Positions 10,201 through 24,200 of a stretch of 64,000 nucleotides of DNA are shown piece after piece. This DNA comes from Eledone cirrhosa (lineage: Eukaryota). A model generated the notes under the pieces. The model made no database searches. It saw only the letters and a list, made by a program, of their open reading frames with translations, and had not been told where the DNA came from. Both the position numbers and the translations under genes were made by a program. Location of the stretch: assembly GCA_964016885.1 (NCBI GenBank), contig OZ024740.1, positions 422,902,001 to 422,966,000 of the forward strand, read 5' to 3'. The stretch's first letter is position 1. Every line of letters begins with the position of its first letter.

Positions 10201-11789
10201 AGACCTTAGGACAGAGAGGAGGTGTTGATAGAGAAGGTCAGAAGTGTGGAGAGAATGGTTGACAGGTCTGGATGTAAGGAGAGCTGGACCTTAGGACATA
10301 GAGGAGGTGTTGATAGAGAAGGTCAGAAGTGTGGAGAGAATGGTTGACAGGTCTGGATGTAAGGAGAGCTGGACCTTAGGACATAGAGGAGGTGTTGATA
10401 GAGAAGGTCAGAAGTGTGGAGAGAATGGTTGACAGGTCTGGATGTAAGGAGAGCTGGAGCTTAGGACAGGGAGGAGGTGTTGATAGTGAAGGTCAGAAGT
10501 GTGGAGAGAGTGGTTGACAGGTCTGGGTGTAAGGAGAGCTATACCTTAGGACAGAGAGGAGGTGTTGATAGAGAAGGTCAGAAGTGTGGAGAGAGTGGTT
10601 GACAGGTCTGGATGTAAGGAGACCTAGACCTTAGGACAGAGAAGAGGTGTTGATAGAGAAGGTCAGAAGTGTGGAGAGAGTGGTACACAGGTCTGGATGT
10701 AAGGAGAGCTAGACCTTAGGACAAAGAGGATGTGTTGATAGTGAAGGTCAGAAGTGTGGAGAGAGTGGTTGACAGGTCTGGATGTAAGGAGAGCTGGACC
10801 TTAGGATAGAGAGGAGGTGTTGATTGAGAAGGTCTGATTTTTGGAGAGAGTGGTTGACAGGTCTGGATGTAAGGAGAGCTGGACCTTAGGACAGAGAGGA
10901 GATGTTGATAGAGAAGGTCAGAAGTGTGGAGAGAGTGGTTGACAGGTATGGATGTAAGGAGAGCTAGACCTTAGGACAGAGAAGAGGTGTTGATGGAGAA
11001 GGTCAGAAGTGTAGAGAGAGTGGTTGACAGGTCTGGATGTAAAGAGAGCTGGACCTTAGGACAGAGAGGAGGTGTTGATAGAGAAGGTCAGAAGTGTGTA
11101 GAGAGTGGTTGACAGGTCTGGATGTAAGGAGAGCTGGACCTTAGGATAGAGAGGAGGTGTTGATTGAGAAGATCTGATTTTTGGAGAGAGTGGTTGACAG
11201 GTCTGGATGTAAGTAGAGCTGGACCTTAGGAGAGAGAGGAAGTGTTGATAGAGAGGGTCAGAAGTGTGGAGAGAGTGGATGACAGGTCTGGATGTAAGGA
11301 GAGCTGGCCCTTAGGACAGAGAGGAGGTGTTGATTGAGTAGGTCAGAAGTGTGGTGAGAGTGGTAGAGAGGTCTGGATGTAAGGAGAGCTGGACCTTAGG
11401 ACATAGAGGAGGTGTTGATAGAGAAGGTCAGAAGTGTGGAGAGAATGGTTGACAGGTCTGGATGTAAGGAGAGCTGGACCTTAGGACTGAGAGGAGGTGT
11501 TGATAGTGAAGGTCAGAAGTGTGGAGAGAGTGGTTGACATGTCTGGGTGTAAGGAGAGCTATACCTTAGGACAGAGAGGAGGTGTTGATAGAGAAGGTCA
11601 GAAGTGTGGAGAGAGTGGTTGACAGGTCTGGATGTAAGGAGACCTAGACCTTAGGACAGAGAAGAGGTGTTGATAGAGAAGGTCAGAAGTGTGGAGAGAG
11701 TGGTACACAGGTCTGGATGTAAGGAGAGCTAGACCTTAGGACAGAGAGGAGATGTTGATAGAGAAGGTCAGAAGTGTGGAGAGAGTGGT

Positions 11790-14700
11790 TGACAGGTCTG
11801 GATGTAAGGAGAGCTAGACCTTAGGACAGAGAGGAGATGTTGATAGTGAAGGTCAGAAGTGTGGCGAGAGTGGTTGACAGGTCTGGATGTAAGGAGAGCT
11901 AGACCTTAGGACAGAAAGGAGGTGTTGATAGAGGAGGTCAGAAGTGTGGAGAGAGTGGTAGAGAGGTCTGGATGTGAGGAGAGCTAAACCTTAGGACAGA
12001 GAGGAGGTGTTGATAGAGAAGGTCAGATGTGTGGAGAGAGTGGTAGAGAGGTCTGGATGTAAGGAGAGCTGGACCTTAGGACATAGAGGAGGTGTTGATA
12101 GAGAAGGTCAGAAGTGTGGAGAGAGTGGTTGACAGGTCTGGATGTAAGGAGAGCTAGACCTTAGGACAGAGAAGATATGTTGATGGAGAAGGTCAGAAGT
12201 TGGGAGAGAGTGGTTGACAGGTTTGGATGTAAGGACAGCTGGACCTTAGGACAGAGAGGAGGTGTTGTTAGAGAAGGTCAGAAGTGTGGAGAGAGTGGTT
12301 GACAGGTCTGGATGTAAGGAGAGCTAGACCTTAGGAAAGAGAGGAGGTGTTGATAGAGAAGGTCAGAAGTGTGGAGAGAGTGGTTGACAGGTCTGGATGT
12401 AAGGAGAGCTAGACCTTAGGACAGAGAGGAGGTGTTGATGGAGAATGTAAGAAGTGTGGAGAGAGTGGTTGACAGGTCTGGATGTAAGGAGAGCTAGACT
12501 TTAGGACAGAGAGGAGATGTTGATGGAGAAGGTAAGAAGTGTGGAGAGAGTGGTTGACAGGTCTGGATGTAAGGAGAGCTAGACCTTAGGAAAGAGAGGA
12601 GGTGTTGATAGAGAAGGTCAGAAGTGTGGAAAGTGTGGTTGACAGGTCTGGATGTAAGGAGAGCTGGACCTTAGGAAAGAGAGGAGGTGTTGATAGAGAA
12701 GGTCAGAAGTGTGGAGAGAGTGGTTGACAGGTCTGGATGTAAGGAGAGCTAGACCTTAGGAGAGAGAGGAAGTGTTGATAGAGAGGGTCAGAAGTGTGGA
12801 GAGAGTGGTAGAGAGGTCTGGATGTAAGGAGATCTAGACCTCAGGACAGAGAGGAGGTGTTGATAGAGAAAGTCAGATGTGTGGAGAGAGTGGTTGACAG
12901 GTCTGGATGTAAGGAGAGCTAGACCTTAGGACAGAAAGGAGGTGTTGATAGAGAAGGTCAGAAGTGTGGAGAGAGTGGTTGACAGTTCTGGATGTAAGGA
13001 GAGCTGGACCTTAGGAGAGAGAGGAGGTGTTGATCGGGAAGGTAAGATGTGTGGAGAGAGTGGTTGACAGGTCTGGATGTAAGGACAGCTAGACCTTAGG
13101 ACAGAGAAGAGGTGTTGATGGAGAAGGTCAGAAGTGTGGAGAGAGTGGTTGACAGGTCTGGATGTAAGGACAGCTGGACCTTAGGACAGAGAGGAGGTGT
13201 TGATAGAGAAGGTCAGAAGTGTGGAGAGAGTGGTTGACAGGTCTGGATGTAAGGAGAGCTAGACCTTAGGAAAGAGAGGAGGTGTTGATAGAGAAGGTCA
13301 GAATTGTGGAGAGAGTGGTTGACAGGTCTGGATGTAAGGAGAGCTAGACCTTAGGACTGAGAGGAGATGTTGATAGAGAAGGTCAGAAGTGTGGAGAGAG
13401 TGGTTGACAGGTCTGGATGTAAGGACAGCTGGACCTTAGGACAGAGAGGAGGTGTTGATAGAGAAGGTCAGAAGTGTGGAGAGAGTGGTTGACAGGTCTG
13501 GATGTAAGGAGAGCTAGACCTTAGGTAAGAGAGGAGGTGTTGATAGAGAAGGTCAGAAGTGTGGAGAGAGTGGTTGACAGGTCTGGATGTAAGGAGAGCT
13601 AGACCTTAGGACTGAGAGGAGATGTTGATAGAGAAGGTCAGAAGTGTGGAGAGAGTGGTTGACAGGTCTGGATGTAAGGAGAGCTAGACCTTAGGACTGA
13701 GAGGAGATGTTGATAGAGAAGGTCAGAAGTGTGGAGAGAGTGGTTGACAGGTCTGGATGTAAGGAGAGCTAGACCTTAGGAAAGAGAGGAGGTGTTGATA
13801 GAGAAGGTCAGACGTGTGGAGAGAGTGGTTGACAGGTCTGGATGTAAGGAGAGCTAGACCTTATGACAGAAAGGAGGTGTTGATAGAGAAGGTCAGAAGT
13901 GTGGAGAGAGTGGTAGAGAGGTCTGGATGTAAGGAGAGCTAGACCTTAGCACAGAGAGGAGGTGTTGATAGAGAAGGTCAGAAGTGTGGAGAGAGTGGTA
14001 GAGAGGTCTGGATGTAAGGAGAGCTGGACCTTAGGACATAGAGGAGGTGTTGATAGAGAAGGTCAGAAGTGTGGAGAGAGTGGTTGACAGGTCTGGATGT
14101 AAGGAGAGCTAGACCTTAGGACAGAGAAGAGGTGTTGATGGAGAAGGTCGGAAGATGGGAGAGAGTGGTTGACAGGTTTGGATGTAAGGACAGCTGGACC
14201 TTAGGACAGAGAGGAGGTGTTGTTAGAGAAGGTCAGAAGTGTGGAGAGAGTGGTTGACAGGTCTGGATGTAAGGAGAGCTGGACCTTAGGAAAGAGAGGA
14301 GGTGTTGATAGAGAAGGTCAGAAGTGTGGAGAGAGTGGTTGACAGGTCTGGATGTAAGGAGAGCTAGACCTTAGGACAGAGAGGAGATGTTGATGGAGAA
14401 GGTAAGAAGTGTGGAGAGAGTGGTTGACAGGTCTGGATGTAAGGAGATCTAGACATTAGGAAAGAGAGGAGGTGTTGATAGAGAAGGTCAGAAGTGTGGA
14501 AAGAGTGGTTGACAGGTCTGGATGTAAGGAGAGCTGGACCTTAGGAAAGAGAGGAGGTGTTGATAGAGAAGGTCAGAAGTGTGGAGAGAGTGGTTGACAG
14601 GTCTGGATGTAAGGAGAGCTAGACCTTAGGACAGAGAGGAGGTGTTGATAGAGAAGGTCAGAAGTGTGGAGAGAGTGGTTGACAGGTCTGGATGTAAGGA

Positions 14701-17700
14701 GAGCTAGACCTTAGGACAGAGAGGAGGTGTTGATAGAGAAGGTCAGAAGTGTGGAGAGAGTGGTTGGCAGGTCTGGATGTAAGGAGAGCTAGACCTTAGG
14801 AAAGAGAGGAGGTGTTGATAGAGAAGGTCAGAAGTGTGGAGAGAGTGGTTGGCAGGTCTGGATGTAAGGAGAGCTGGAACTTAGGACAGAGAGGAGGTGT
14901 TGATAGAGAAGGTCAGAAGTGTGGAGAGAGTGGTTGACAGGTCTGGATGTAAGGAGAGCTAGACCTTAGGACAGAGAGGAGATGTTGATAGTGAAGGTCA
15001 GAAGTGTGGCGAGAGTGGTTGACAGGTCTGGATGTAAGGAGAGCTAGACCTTAGGACAGAAAGGAGGTGTTGATAGAGGAGGTCAGAAGTGTGGAGAGAG
15101 TGGTAGAGAGGTCTGGATGTGAGGAGAGCTAAACCTTAGGACAGAGAGGAGGTGTTGATAGAGAAGGTCAGATGTGTGGAGAGAGTGGTTGACAGGTCTG
15201 GATGTAAGGAGAGCTAGACCTTAGGAAAGAGAGGAGGTGTTGATAGAGAAGGTCAGAAGTGTGGAGAGAGTGGTTGACAGGTCTGGATGTAAGGACAGCT
15301 GGACCTTAGGACAGAGAGGAGGTGTTGATAGAGAAGGTCAGAAGTGTGGAGAGAGTGGTTGACAGGTCTGGATGTAAGGAGAGCTAGACCTTAGGTAAGA
15401 GAGGAGGTGTTGATAGAGAAGGTCAGAAGTGTGGAGAGAGTGGTTGACAGGTCTGGATGTAAGGAGAGCTAGACCTTAGGACTGAGAGGAGATGTTGATA
15501 GAGAAGGTCAGAAGTGTGGAGAGAGTGGTTGACAGGTCTGGATGTAAGGAGAGCTAGACCTTAGGACTGAGAGGAGATGTTGATAGAGAAGGTCAGAAGT
15601 GTGGAGAGAGTGGTTGACAGGTCTGGATGTAAGGAGAGCTAGACCTTAGGAAAGAGAGGAGGTGTTGATAGAGAAGGGCAGACGTGTGGAGAGAGTGGTT
15701 GACAGGTCTGGATGTAAGGAGAGCTAGACCTTAGGAAAGAGAGGAGGTGTTGATAGAGAAGGTCAGAATTGTGGAGAGAGTGGTTGACAGGTCTGGATGT
15801 AAGGAGAGCTAGACCTTAGGACTGAGAGGAGATGTTGATAGAGAAGGTCAGAAGTGTGGAGAGAGTGGTTGACAGGTCTGGATGTAAGGACAGCTGGACC
15901 TTAGGACAGAGAGGAGGTGTTGATAGAGAAGGTCAGAAGTGTGGAGAGAGTGGTTGACAGGTCTGGATGTAAGGAGAGCTAGACCTTAGGTAAGAGAGGA
16001 GGTGTTGATAGAGAAGGTCAGAAGTGTGGAGAGAGTGGTTGACAGGTCTGGATGTAAGGAGAGCTAGACCTTAGGACTGAGAGGAGATGTTGATAGAGAA
16101 GGTCAGAAGTGTGGAGAGAGTGGTTGACAGGTCTGGATGTAAGGAGAGCTAGACCTTAGGACTGAGAGGAGATGTTGATAGAGAAGGTCAGAAGTGTGGA
16201 GAGAGTGGTTGACAGGTCTGGATGTAAGGAGAGCTAGACCTTAGGAAAGAGAGGAGGTGTTGATAGAGAAGGTCAGACGTGTGGAGAGAGTGGTTGACAG
16301 GTCTGGATGTAAGGAGAGCTAGACCTTATGACAGAAAGGAGGTGTTGATAGAGAAGGTCAGAAGTGTGGAGAGAGTGGTAGAGAGGTCTGGATGTAAGGA
16401 GAGCTAGACCTTAGCACAGAGAGGAGGTGTTGATAGAGAAGGTCAGAAGTGTGGAGAGAGTGGTAGAGAGGTCTGGATGTAAGGAGAGCTGGACCTTAGG
16501 ACATAGAGGAGGTGTTGATAGAGAAGGTCAGAAGTGTGGAGAGAGTGGTTGACAGGTCTGGATGTAAGGAGAGCTGGACCTTAGGACAGAGAGGAGGTGT
16601 TGTTAGAGAAGGTCAGAAGTGTGGAGAGAGTGGTTGACAGGTCTGGATGTAAGGAGAGCTGGACCTTAGGAAAGAGAGGTGTTGATAGAGAAGGTCAGAA
16701 GTGTGGAGAGAGTGGTTGACAGGTCTGGATGTAAGGAGAGCTAGACCTTAGGACAGAGAGGAGATGTTGATGGAGAAGGTAAGAAGTGTGGAGAGAGTGG
16801 TTGACAGGTCTGGATGTAAGGAGATCTAGACATTAGGAAAGAGAGGAGGTGTTGATAGAGAAGGTCAGAAGTGTGGAAAGAGTGGTTGACAGGTCTGGAT
16901 GTAAGGAGAGCTGGACCTTAGGAAAGAGAGGAGGTGTTGATAGAGAAGGTCAGAAGTGTGGAGAGAGTGGTTGACAGGTCTGGATGTAAGGAGAGCTAGA
17001 CCTTAGGACAGAGAGGAGGTGTTGATAGAGAAGGTCAGAAGTGTGGAGAGAGTGGTTGACAGGTCTGGATGTAAGGAGAGCTAGACCTTAGGACAGAGAG
17101 GAGGTGTTGATAGAGAAGGTCAGAAGTGTGGAGAGAGTGGTTGGCAGGTCTGGATGTAAGGAGAGCTAGACCTTAGGAAAGAGAGGAGGTGTTGATAGAG
17201 AAGGTCAGAAGTGTGGAGAGAGTGGTTGGCAGGTCTGGATGTAAGGAGAGCTGGAACTTAGGACAGAGAGGAGGTGTTGATAGAGAAGGTCAGAAGTGTG
17301 GAGAGAGTGATTGACAGGTCTGGATGTAAGGAGAGCTAGACCTTAGGACAGAGAGGAGATGTTGATAGTGAAGGTCAGAAGTGTGGCGAGAGTGGTTGAC
17401 AGGTCTGGATGTAAGGAGAGCTAGACCTTAGGACAGAAAGGAGGTGTTGATAGAGGAGGTCAGAAGTGTGGAGAGAGTGGTAGAGAGGTCTGGATGTGAG
17501 GAGAGCTAAACCTTAGGACAGAGAGGAGGTGTTGATAGAGAAGGTCAGATGTGTGGAGAGAGTGGTAGAGAGGTCTGGATGTAAGGAGAGCTGGACCTTA
17601 GGACATAGAGGAGGTGTTGATAGAGAAGGTCAGAAGTGTGGAGAGAGTGGTTGACAGGTCTGGATGTAAGGAGAGCTAGACCTTAGGACAGAGAAGATAT

Positions 17701-20450
17701 GTTGATGGAGAAGGTCAGAAGTTGGGAGAGAGTGGTTGACAGGTTTGGATGTAAGGACAGCTGGACCTTAGGACAGAGAGGAGGTGTTGTTAGAGAAGGT
17801 CAGAAGTGTGGAGAGAGTGGTTGACAGGTCTGGATGTAAGGAGAGCTAGACCTTAGGAAAGAGAGGAGGTGTTGATAGAGAAGGTCAGAAGTGTGGAGAG
17901 AGTGGTTGACAGGTCTGGATGTAAGGAGAGCTAGACCTTAGGACAGAGAGGAGGTGTTGATGGAGAATGTAAGAAGTGTGGAGAGAGTGGTTGACAGGTC
18001 TGGATGTAAGGAGAGCTAGACTTTAGGACAGAGAGGAGATGTTGATGGAGAAGGTAAGAAGTGTGGAGAGAGTGGTTGACAGGTCTGGATGTAAGGAGAG
18101 CTAGACCTTAGGAAAGAGAGGAGGTGTTGATAGAGAAGGTCAGAAGTGTGGAAAGTGTGGTTGACAGGTCTGGATGTAAGGAGAGCTGGACCTTAGGAAA
18201 GAGAGGAGGTGTTGATAGAGAAGGTCAGAAGTGTGGAGAGAGTGGTTGACAGGTCTGGATGTAAGGAGAGCTAGACCTTAGGAGAGAGAGGAAGTGTTGA
18301 TAGAGAGGGTCAGAAGTGTGGAGAGAGTGGTAGAGAGGTCTGGATGTAAGGAGATCTAGACCTCAGGACAGAGAGGAGGTGTTGATAGAGAAAGTCAGAT
18401 GTGTGGAGAGAGTGGTTGACAGGTCTGGATGTAAGGAGAGCTAGACCTTAGGACAGAAAGGAGGTGTTGATAGAGAAGGTCAGAAGTGTGGAGAGAGTGG
18501 TTGACAGTTCTGGATGTAAGGAGAGCTGGACCTTAGGAGAGAGAGGAGGTGTTGATCGGGAAGGTAAGATGTGTGGAGAGAGTGGTTGACAGGTCTGGAT
18601 GTAAGGACAGCTAGACCTTAGGACAGAGAAGAGGTGTTGATGGAGAAGGTCAGAAGTGTGGAGAGAGTGGTTGACAGGTCTGGATGTAAGGACAGCTGGA
18701 CCTTAGGACAGAGAGGAGGTGTTGATAGAGAAGGTCAGAAGTGTGGAGAGAGTGGTTGACAGGTCTGGATGTAAGGAGAGCTAGACCTTAGGAAAGAGAG
18801 GAGGTGTTGATAGAGAAGGTCAGAATTGTGGAGAGAGTGGTTGACAGGTCTGGATGTAAGGAGAGCTAGACCTTAGGACTGAGAGGAGATGTTGATAGAG
18901 AAGGTCAGAAGTGTGGAGAGAGTGGTTGACAGGTCTGGATGTAAGGACAGCTGGACCTTAGGACAGAGAGGAGGTGTTGATAGAGAAGGTCAGAAGTGTG
19001 GAGAGAGTGGTTGACAGGTCTGGATGTAAGGAGAGCTAGACCTTAGGTAAGAGAGGGGGTGTTGATAGAGAAGGTCAGAAGTGTGGAGAGAGTGGTTGAC
19101 AGGTCTGGATGTAAGGAGAGCTAGACCTTAGGACTGAGAGGAGATGTTGATAGAGAAGGTCAGAAGTGTGGAGAGAGTGGTTGACAGGTCTGGATGTAAG
19201 GAGAGCTAGACCTTAGGACTGAGAGGAGATGTTGATAGAGAAGGTCAGAAGTGTGGAGAGAGTGGTTGACAGGTCTGGATGTAAGGAGAGCTAGACCTTA
19301 GGAAAGAGAGGAGGTGTTGATAGAGAAGGTCAGACGTGTGGAGAGAGTGGTTGACAGGTCTGGATGTAAGGAGAGCTAGACCTTATGACAGAAAGGAGGT
19401 GTTGATAGAGAAGGTCAGAAGTGTGGAGAGAGTGGTAGAGAGGTCTGGATGTAAGGAGAGCTAGACCTTAGCACAGAGAGGAGGTGTTGATAGAGAAGGT
19501 CAGAAGTGTGGAGAGAGTGGTAGAGAGGTCTGGATGTAAGGAGAGCTGGACCTTAGGACATAGAGGAGGTGTTGATAGAGAAGGTCAGAAGTGTGGAGAG
19601 AGTGGTTGACAGGTCTGGATGTAAGGAGAGCTAGACCTTAGGACAGAGAAGAGGTGTTGATGGAGAAGGTCGGAAGTTGGGAGAGAGTGGTTGACAGGTT
19701 TGGATGTAAGGACAGCTGGACCTTAGGACAGAGAGGAGGTGTTGTTAGAGAAGGTCAGAAGTGTGGAGAGAGTGGTTGACAGGTCTGGATGTAAGGAGAG
19801 CTGGACCTTAGGAAAGAGAGGAGGTGTTGATAGAGAAGGTCAGAAGTGTGGAGAGAGTGGTTGACAGGTCTGGATGTAAGGAGAGCTAGACCTTAGGACA
19901 GAGAGGAGATGTTGATGGAGAAGGTAAGAAGTGTGGAGAGAGTGGTTGACAGGTCTGGATGTAAGGAGATCTAGACATTAGGAAAGAGAGGAGGTGTTGA
20001 TAGAGAAGGTCAGAAGTGTGGAAAGAGTGGTTGACAGGTCTGGATGTAAGGAGAGCTGGACCTTAGGAAAGAGAGGAGGTGTTGATAGAGAAGGTCAGAA
20101 GTGTGGAGAGAGTGGTTGACAGGTCTGGATGTAAGGAGAGCTAGACCTTAGGACAGAGAGGAGGTGTTGATAGAGAAGGTCAGAAGTGTGGAGAGAGTGG
20201 TTGACAGGTCTGGATGTAAGGAGAGCTAGACCTTAGGACAGAGAGGAGGTGTTGATAGAGAAGGTCAGAAGTGTGGAGAGAGTGGTTGGCAGGTCTGGAT
20301 GTAAGGAGAGCTAGACCTTAGGAAAGAGAGGAGGTGTTGATAGAGAAGGTCAGAAGTGTGGAGAGAGTGGTTGGCAGGTCTGGATGTAAGGAGAGCTGGA
20401 ACTTAGGACAGAGAGGAGGTGTTGATAGAGAAGGTCAGAAGTGTGGAGAG
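11790..20450 (+). repeat. Higher-order duplication: ~11790-14930 repeated at ~17310-20450 (offset 5522 bp = 65 monomers - 3 bp); the intervening segment is a mosaic of partial copies
   Basis: GATGTGAGG 11971/17493 (also 15116), GAAGATAT 12171/17693, AGTCAGATG 12871/18393, TTAGGTAAG 13521/19043 (also 15381, 15976), TTAGCACAG 13946/19468 (also 16411). Confidence 0.9.
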
Positions 20451-23400
20451 GGTGGTAGAGAGGTCTGGATGTAAGGAGAGCTAGACCTTAGGACAGAGAG
20501 GAGGTGTTGATAGAGAAGGTCAAAAGTGTGGAGAGAGTGGATGACAGGTCTGGATGTAAGGAGAGCTGGCCCTTAGGACAGAGAGGAGGTGTTGATTGAG
20601 TAGGTCAGAAGTGTGGTGAGAGTAGTAGAGAGGTCTGGATGTAAGGAGAGCTGGACCTTAGGACATAGAGGAGGTGTTGATAGAGAAGGTCAGAAGTGTG
20701 GAGAGAATGGTTGACAGGTCTGGATGTAAGGAGAGCTGGACCTTAGGACTGAGAGGAGGTGTTGATAGTGAAGGTCAGAAGTGTGGAGAGAGTGGTTGAC
20801 AGGTCTGGGTGTAAGGAGAGCTAGACCTTAGGACAGAGAGGAGGTGTTGATGGAGAAGGTCAGATGTGTGGAGAGAGTGGTTGACAGGTCTGGATCTAAG
20901 GAGAGCTAGACCTTAGGACAGAGAGGAGGTGTTGATAGAGAAGGTCAGAAGTGTGGAGAGAATGGTTGACAGGTCTGGATGTAAGGAGAGCTGGACCTTA
21001 GGACAGGGAGGACGTGTTGATAGTGAAGGTCAGAAGTGTGGAGAGAGTGGTTGACATGTCTGGGTGTAAGGAGAGCTATACCTTAGGACAGAGAGGAGGT
21101 GTTGATAGAGAAGGTCAGAAGTGTGGAGAGAGTGGTTGACAGGTCTGGATGTAAGGAGACCTAGACCTTAGGACAGAGAAGAGGTGTTGATAGAGAAGGT
21201 CAGAAGTGTGGAGAGAGTGGTACACAGGTCTGGATGTAAGGAGAGCTAGACATTAGGACAGAGAGGAGATGTTGATAGAGAAGGTCAGAAGTGTGGAGAG
21301 AGTGGTTGACAGGTCTGGATGTAAGGAGAGCTAGACCTTAGGACAGAGAGGAGGTGTTGATGGAGAAGGTCAGAAGTGTGGAGAGAGTGGTTGACAGGTC
21401 TGGATGTAAGGAGAGCTAGACCTTAGGACAGAGAGGAGGTGTTGATGGAGAATGTAAGAAGTGTGGAGAGAGTGGTTGACAGGTCTGGATGTAAGGAGAG
21501 CTAGACTTTAGGACAGAGAGGAGATGTTGATGGAGAAGGTAAGAAGTGTGGAGAGAGTGGTTGACAGGTCTGGATGTAAGGAGAGCTAGACCTTAGGAAA
21601 GAGAGGAGGTGTTGATAGAGAAGGTCAGAAGTGTGGAAAGTGTGGTTGACAGGTCTGGATGTAAGGAGAGCTGGACCTTAGGAAAGAGAGGAGGTGTTGA
21701 TAGAGAAGGTCAGAAGTGTGGAGAGAGTGGTTGACAGGTCTGGATGTAAGGAGAGCTAGACCTTAGGAGAGAGAGGAAGTGTTGATAGAGAGGGTCAGAA
21801 GTGTGGAGAGAGTGGTAGAGAAGTCTGGATGTAAGGAGATCTAGACCTCAGGACAGAGAGGAGGTGTTGATAGAGAAGGTCAGATGTGTGGAGAGAGTGG
21901 TTGACAGGTCTGGATGTAAGGAGAGCTAGACCTTAGGACAGAAAGGAGGTGTTGATGGAGAAGGTCAGAAGTGTGGAGAGAGTGGTTGACAGGTCTGAAT
22001 GTAAGGACAGCTGGACCTTAGGACAGAGAGGAGGTGTTGATAGAGAAGGTCAGAAGTGTGGAGAGAGTGGTTGACAGGTCTGGATGTAAGGAGAGCTAGA
22101 CCTTAAGAAAGAGAGGAGGTGTTGATAGAGAAGGTCAGAATTGTGGAGAGAGTGGTTGACAGGTCTGGATGTAAGGAGAGCTAGACCTTAGGACTGAGAG
22201 GAGATGTTGATAGAGAAGGTCAGAAGTGTGGAGAGAGTGGTTGACAGGTCTGGATGTAAGGACAGCTGGACCTTAGGACAGAGAGGAGGTGTTGATAGAG
22301 AAGGTCAGAAGTGTGGAGAGAGTGGTTGACAGGTCTGGATGTAAGGAGAGCTAGACCTTAGGACAGAAAGGAGGTGTTGATAGAGAAGGTCAGAAGTGTG
22401 GAGAGAGTGGTTGACAGTTCTGGATGTAAGGAGAGCTGGACCTTAGGAGGGAGAGGAGGTGTTGATCGGGAAGGTAAGATGTGTGGAGAGAGTGGTTGAC
22501 AGGTCTGGATGTAAGGACAGCTAGACCTTAGGACAGAGAAGAGGTGTTGATGGAGAAGGTCAGAAGTGTGGAGAGAGTGGTTGACAGGTCTGGATGTAAG
22601 GACAGCTGGACCTTAGGACAGAAAGGAGGTGTTGATAGAGAAGGTCAGAAGTGTGGAGAGGGTGGTAGAGAGGTCTGGATGTAAGGAGAGCTAGACCTTA
22701 GGACAGAGAGGAGGTGTTGATAGAGAAGGTCAAAAGTGTGGAGAGAGTGGATGACAGGTCTGGATGTAAGGAGAGCTGGCCCTTAGGACAGAGAGGAGGT
22801 GTTGATTGAGTAGGTCAGAAGTGTGGTGAGAGTAGTAGAGAGGTCTGGATGTAAGGAGAGCTGGACCTTAGGACATAGAGGAGGTGTTGATAGAGAAGGT
22901 CAGAAGTGTGGAGAGAATGGTTGACAGGTCTGGATGTAAGGAGAGCTGGACCTTAGGACTGAGAGGAGGTGTTGATAGTGAAGGTCAGAAGTGTGGAGAG
23001 AGTGGTTGACAGGTCTGGGTGTAAGGAGAGCTAGACCTTAGGACAGAGAGGAGGTGTTGATGGAGAAGGTCAGATGTGTGGAGAGAGTGGTTGACAGGTC
23101 TGGATGTAAGGAGAGCTAGACCTTAGGACAGAGAGGAGGTGTTGATAGAGAAGGTCAGAAGTGTGGAGAGAATGGTTGACAGGTCTGGATGTAAGGAGAG
23201 CTGGACCTTAGGACAGGGAGGACGTGTTGATAGTGAAGGTCAGAAGTGTGGAGAGAGTGGTTGACATGTCTGGGTGTAAGGAGAGCTATACCTTAGGACA
23301 GAGAGGAGGTGTTGATAGAGAAGGTCAGAAGTGTGGAGAGAGTGGTTGACAGGTCTGGATGTAAGGAGACCTAGACCTTAGGACAGAGAAGAGGTGTTGA

Positions 23401-24200
23401 TAGAGAAGGTCAGAAGTGTGGAGAGAGTGGTACACAGGTCTGGATGTAAGGAGAGCTAGACATTAGGACAGAGAGGAGATGTTGATAGAGAAGGTCAGAA
23501 GTGTGGAGAGAGTGGTTGACAGGTCTGGATGTAAGGAGAGCTAGACCTTAGGACAGAGAGGAGGTGTTGATGGAGAAGGTCAGAAGTGTGGAGAGAGTGG
23601 TTGACAGGTCTGGATGTAAGGAGAGCTAGACCTTAGGACAGAGAGGAGGTGTTGATGGAGAATGTAAGAAGTGTGGAGAGAGTGGTTGACAGGTCTGGAT
23701 GTAAGGAGAGCTAGACTTTAGGACAGAGAGGAGATGTTGATGGAGAAGGTAAGAAGTGTGGAGAGAGTGGTTGACAGGTCTGGATGTAAGGAGAGCTAGA
23801 CCTTAGGAAAGAGAGGAGGTGTTGATAGAGAAGGTCAGAAGTGTGGAAAGTGTGGTTGACAGGTCTGGATGTAAGGAGAGCTGGACCTTAGGAAAGAGAG
23901 GAGGTGTTGATAGAGAAGGTCAGAAGTGTGGAGAGAGTGGTTGACAGGTCTGGATGTAAGGAGAGCTAGACCTTAGGAGAGAGAGGAAGTGTTGATAGAG
24001 AGGGTCAGAAGTGTGGAGAGAGTGGTAGAGAAGTCTGGATGTAAGGAGATCTAGACCTCAGGACAGAGAGGAGGTGTTGATAGAGAAGGTCAGATGTGTG
24101 GAGAGAGTGGTTGACAGGTCTGGATGTAAGGAGAGCTAGACCTTAGGACAGAAAGGAGGTGTTGATAGAGAAGGTCAGAAGTGTGGAGAGAGTGGTTGAC
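20440..24200 (+). repeat. Higher-order duplication, offset 2210 bp (26 monomers): ~20440-21950 / ~22650-24160
   Basis: AGTAGTAG 20621/22831, GGACGTG 21010/23220, CATTAGGACA 21251/23461, AAGTCTGG 21821/24031. Confidence 0.88.
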
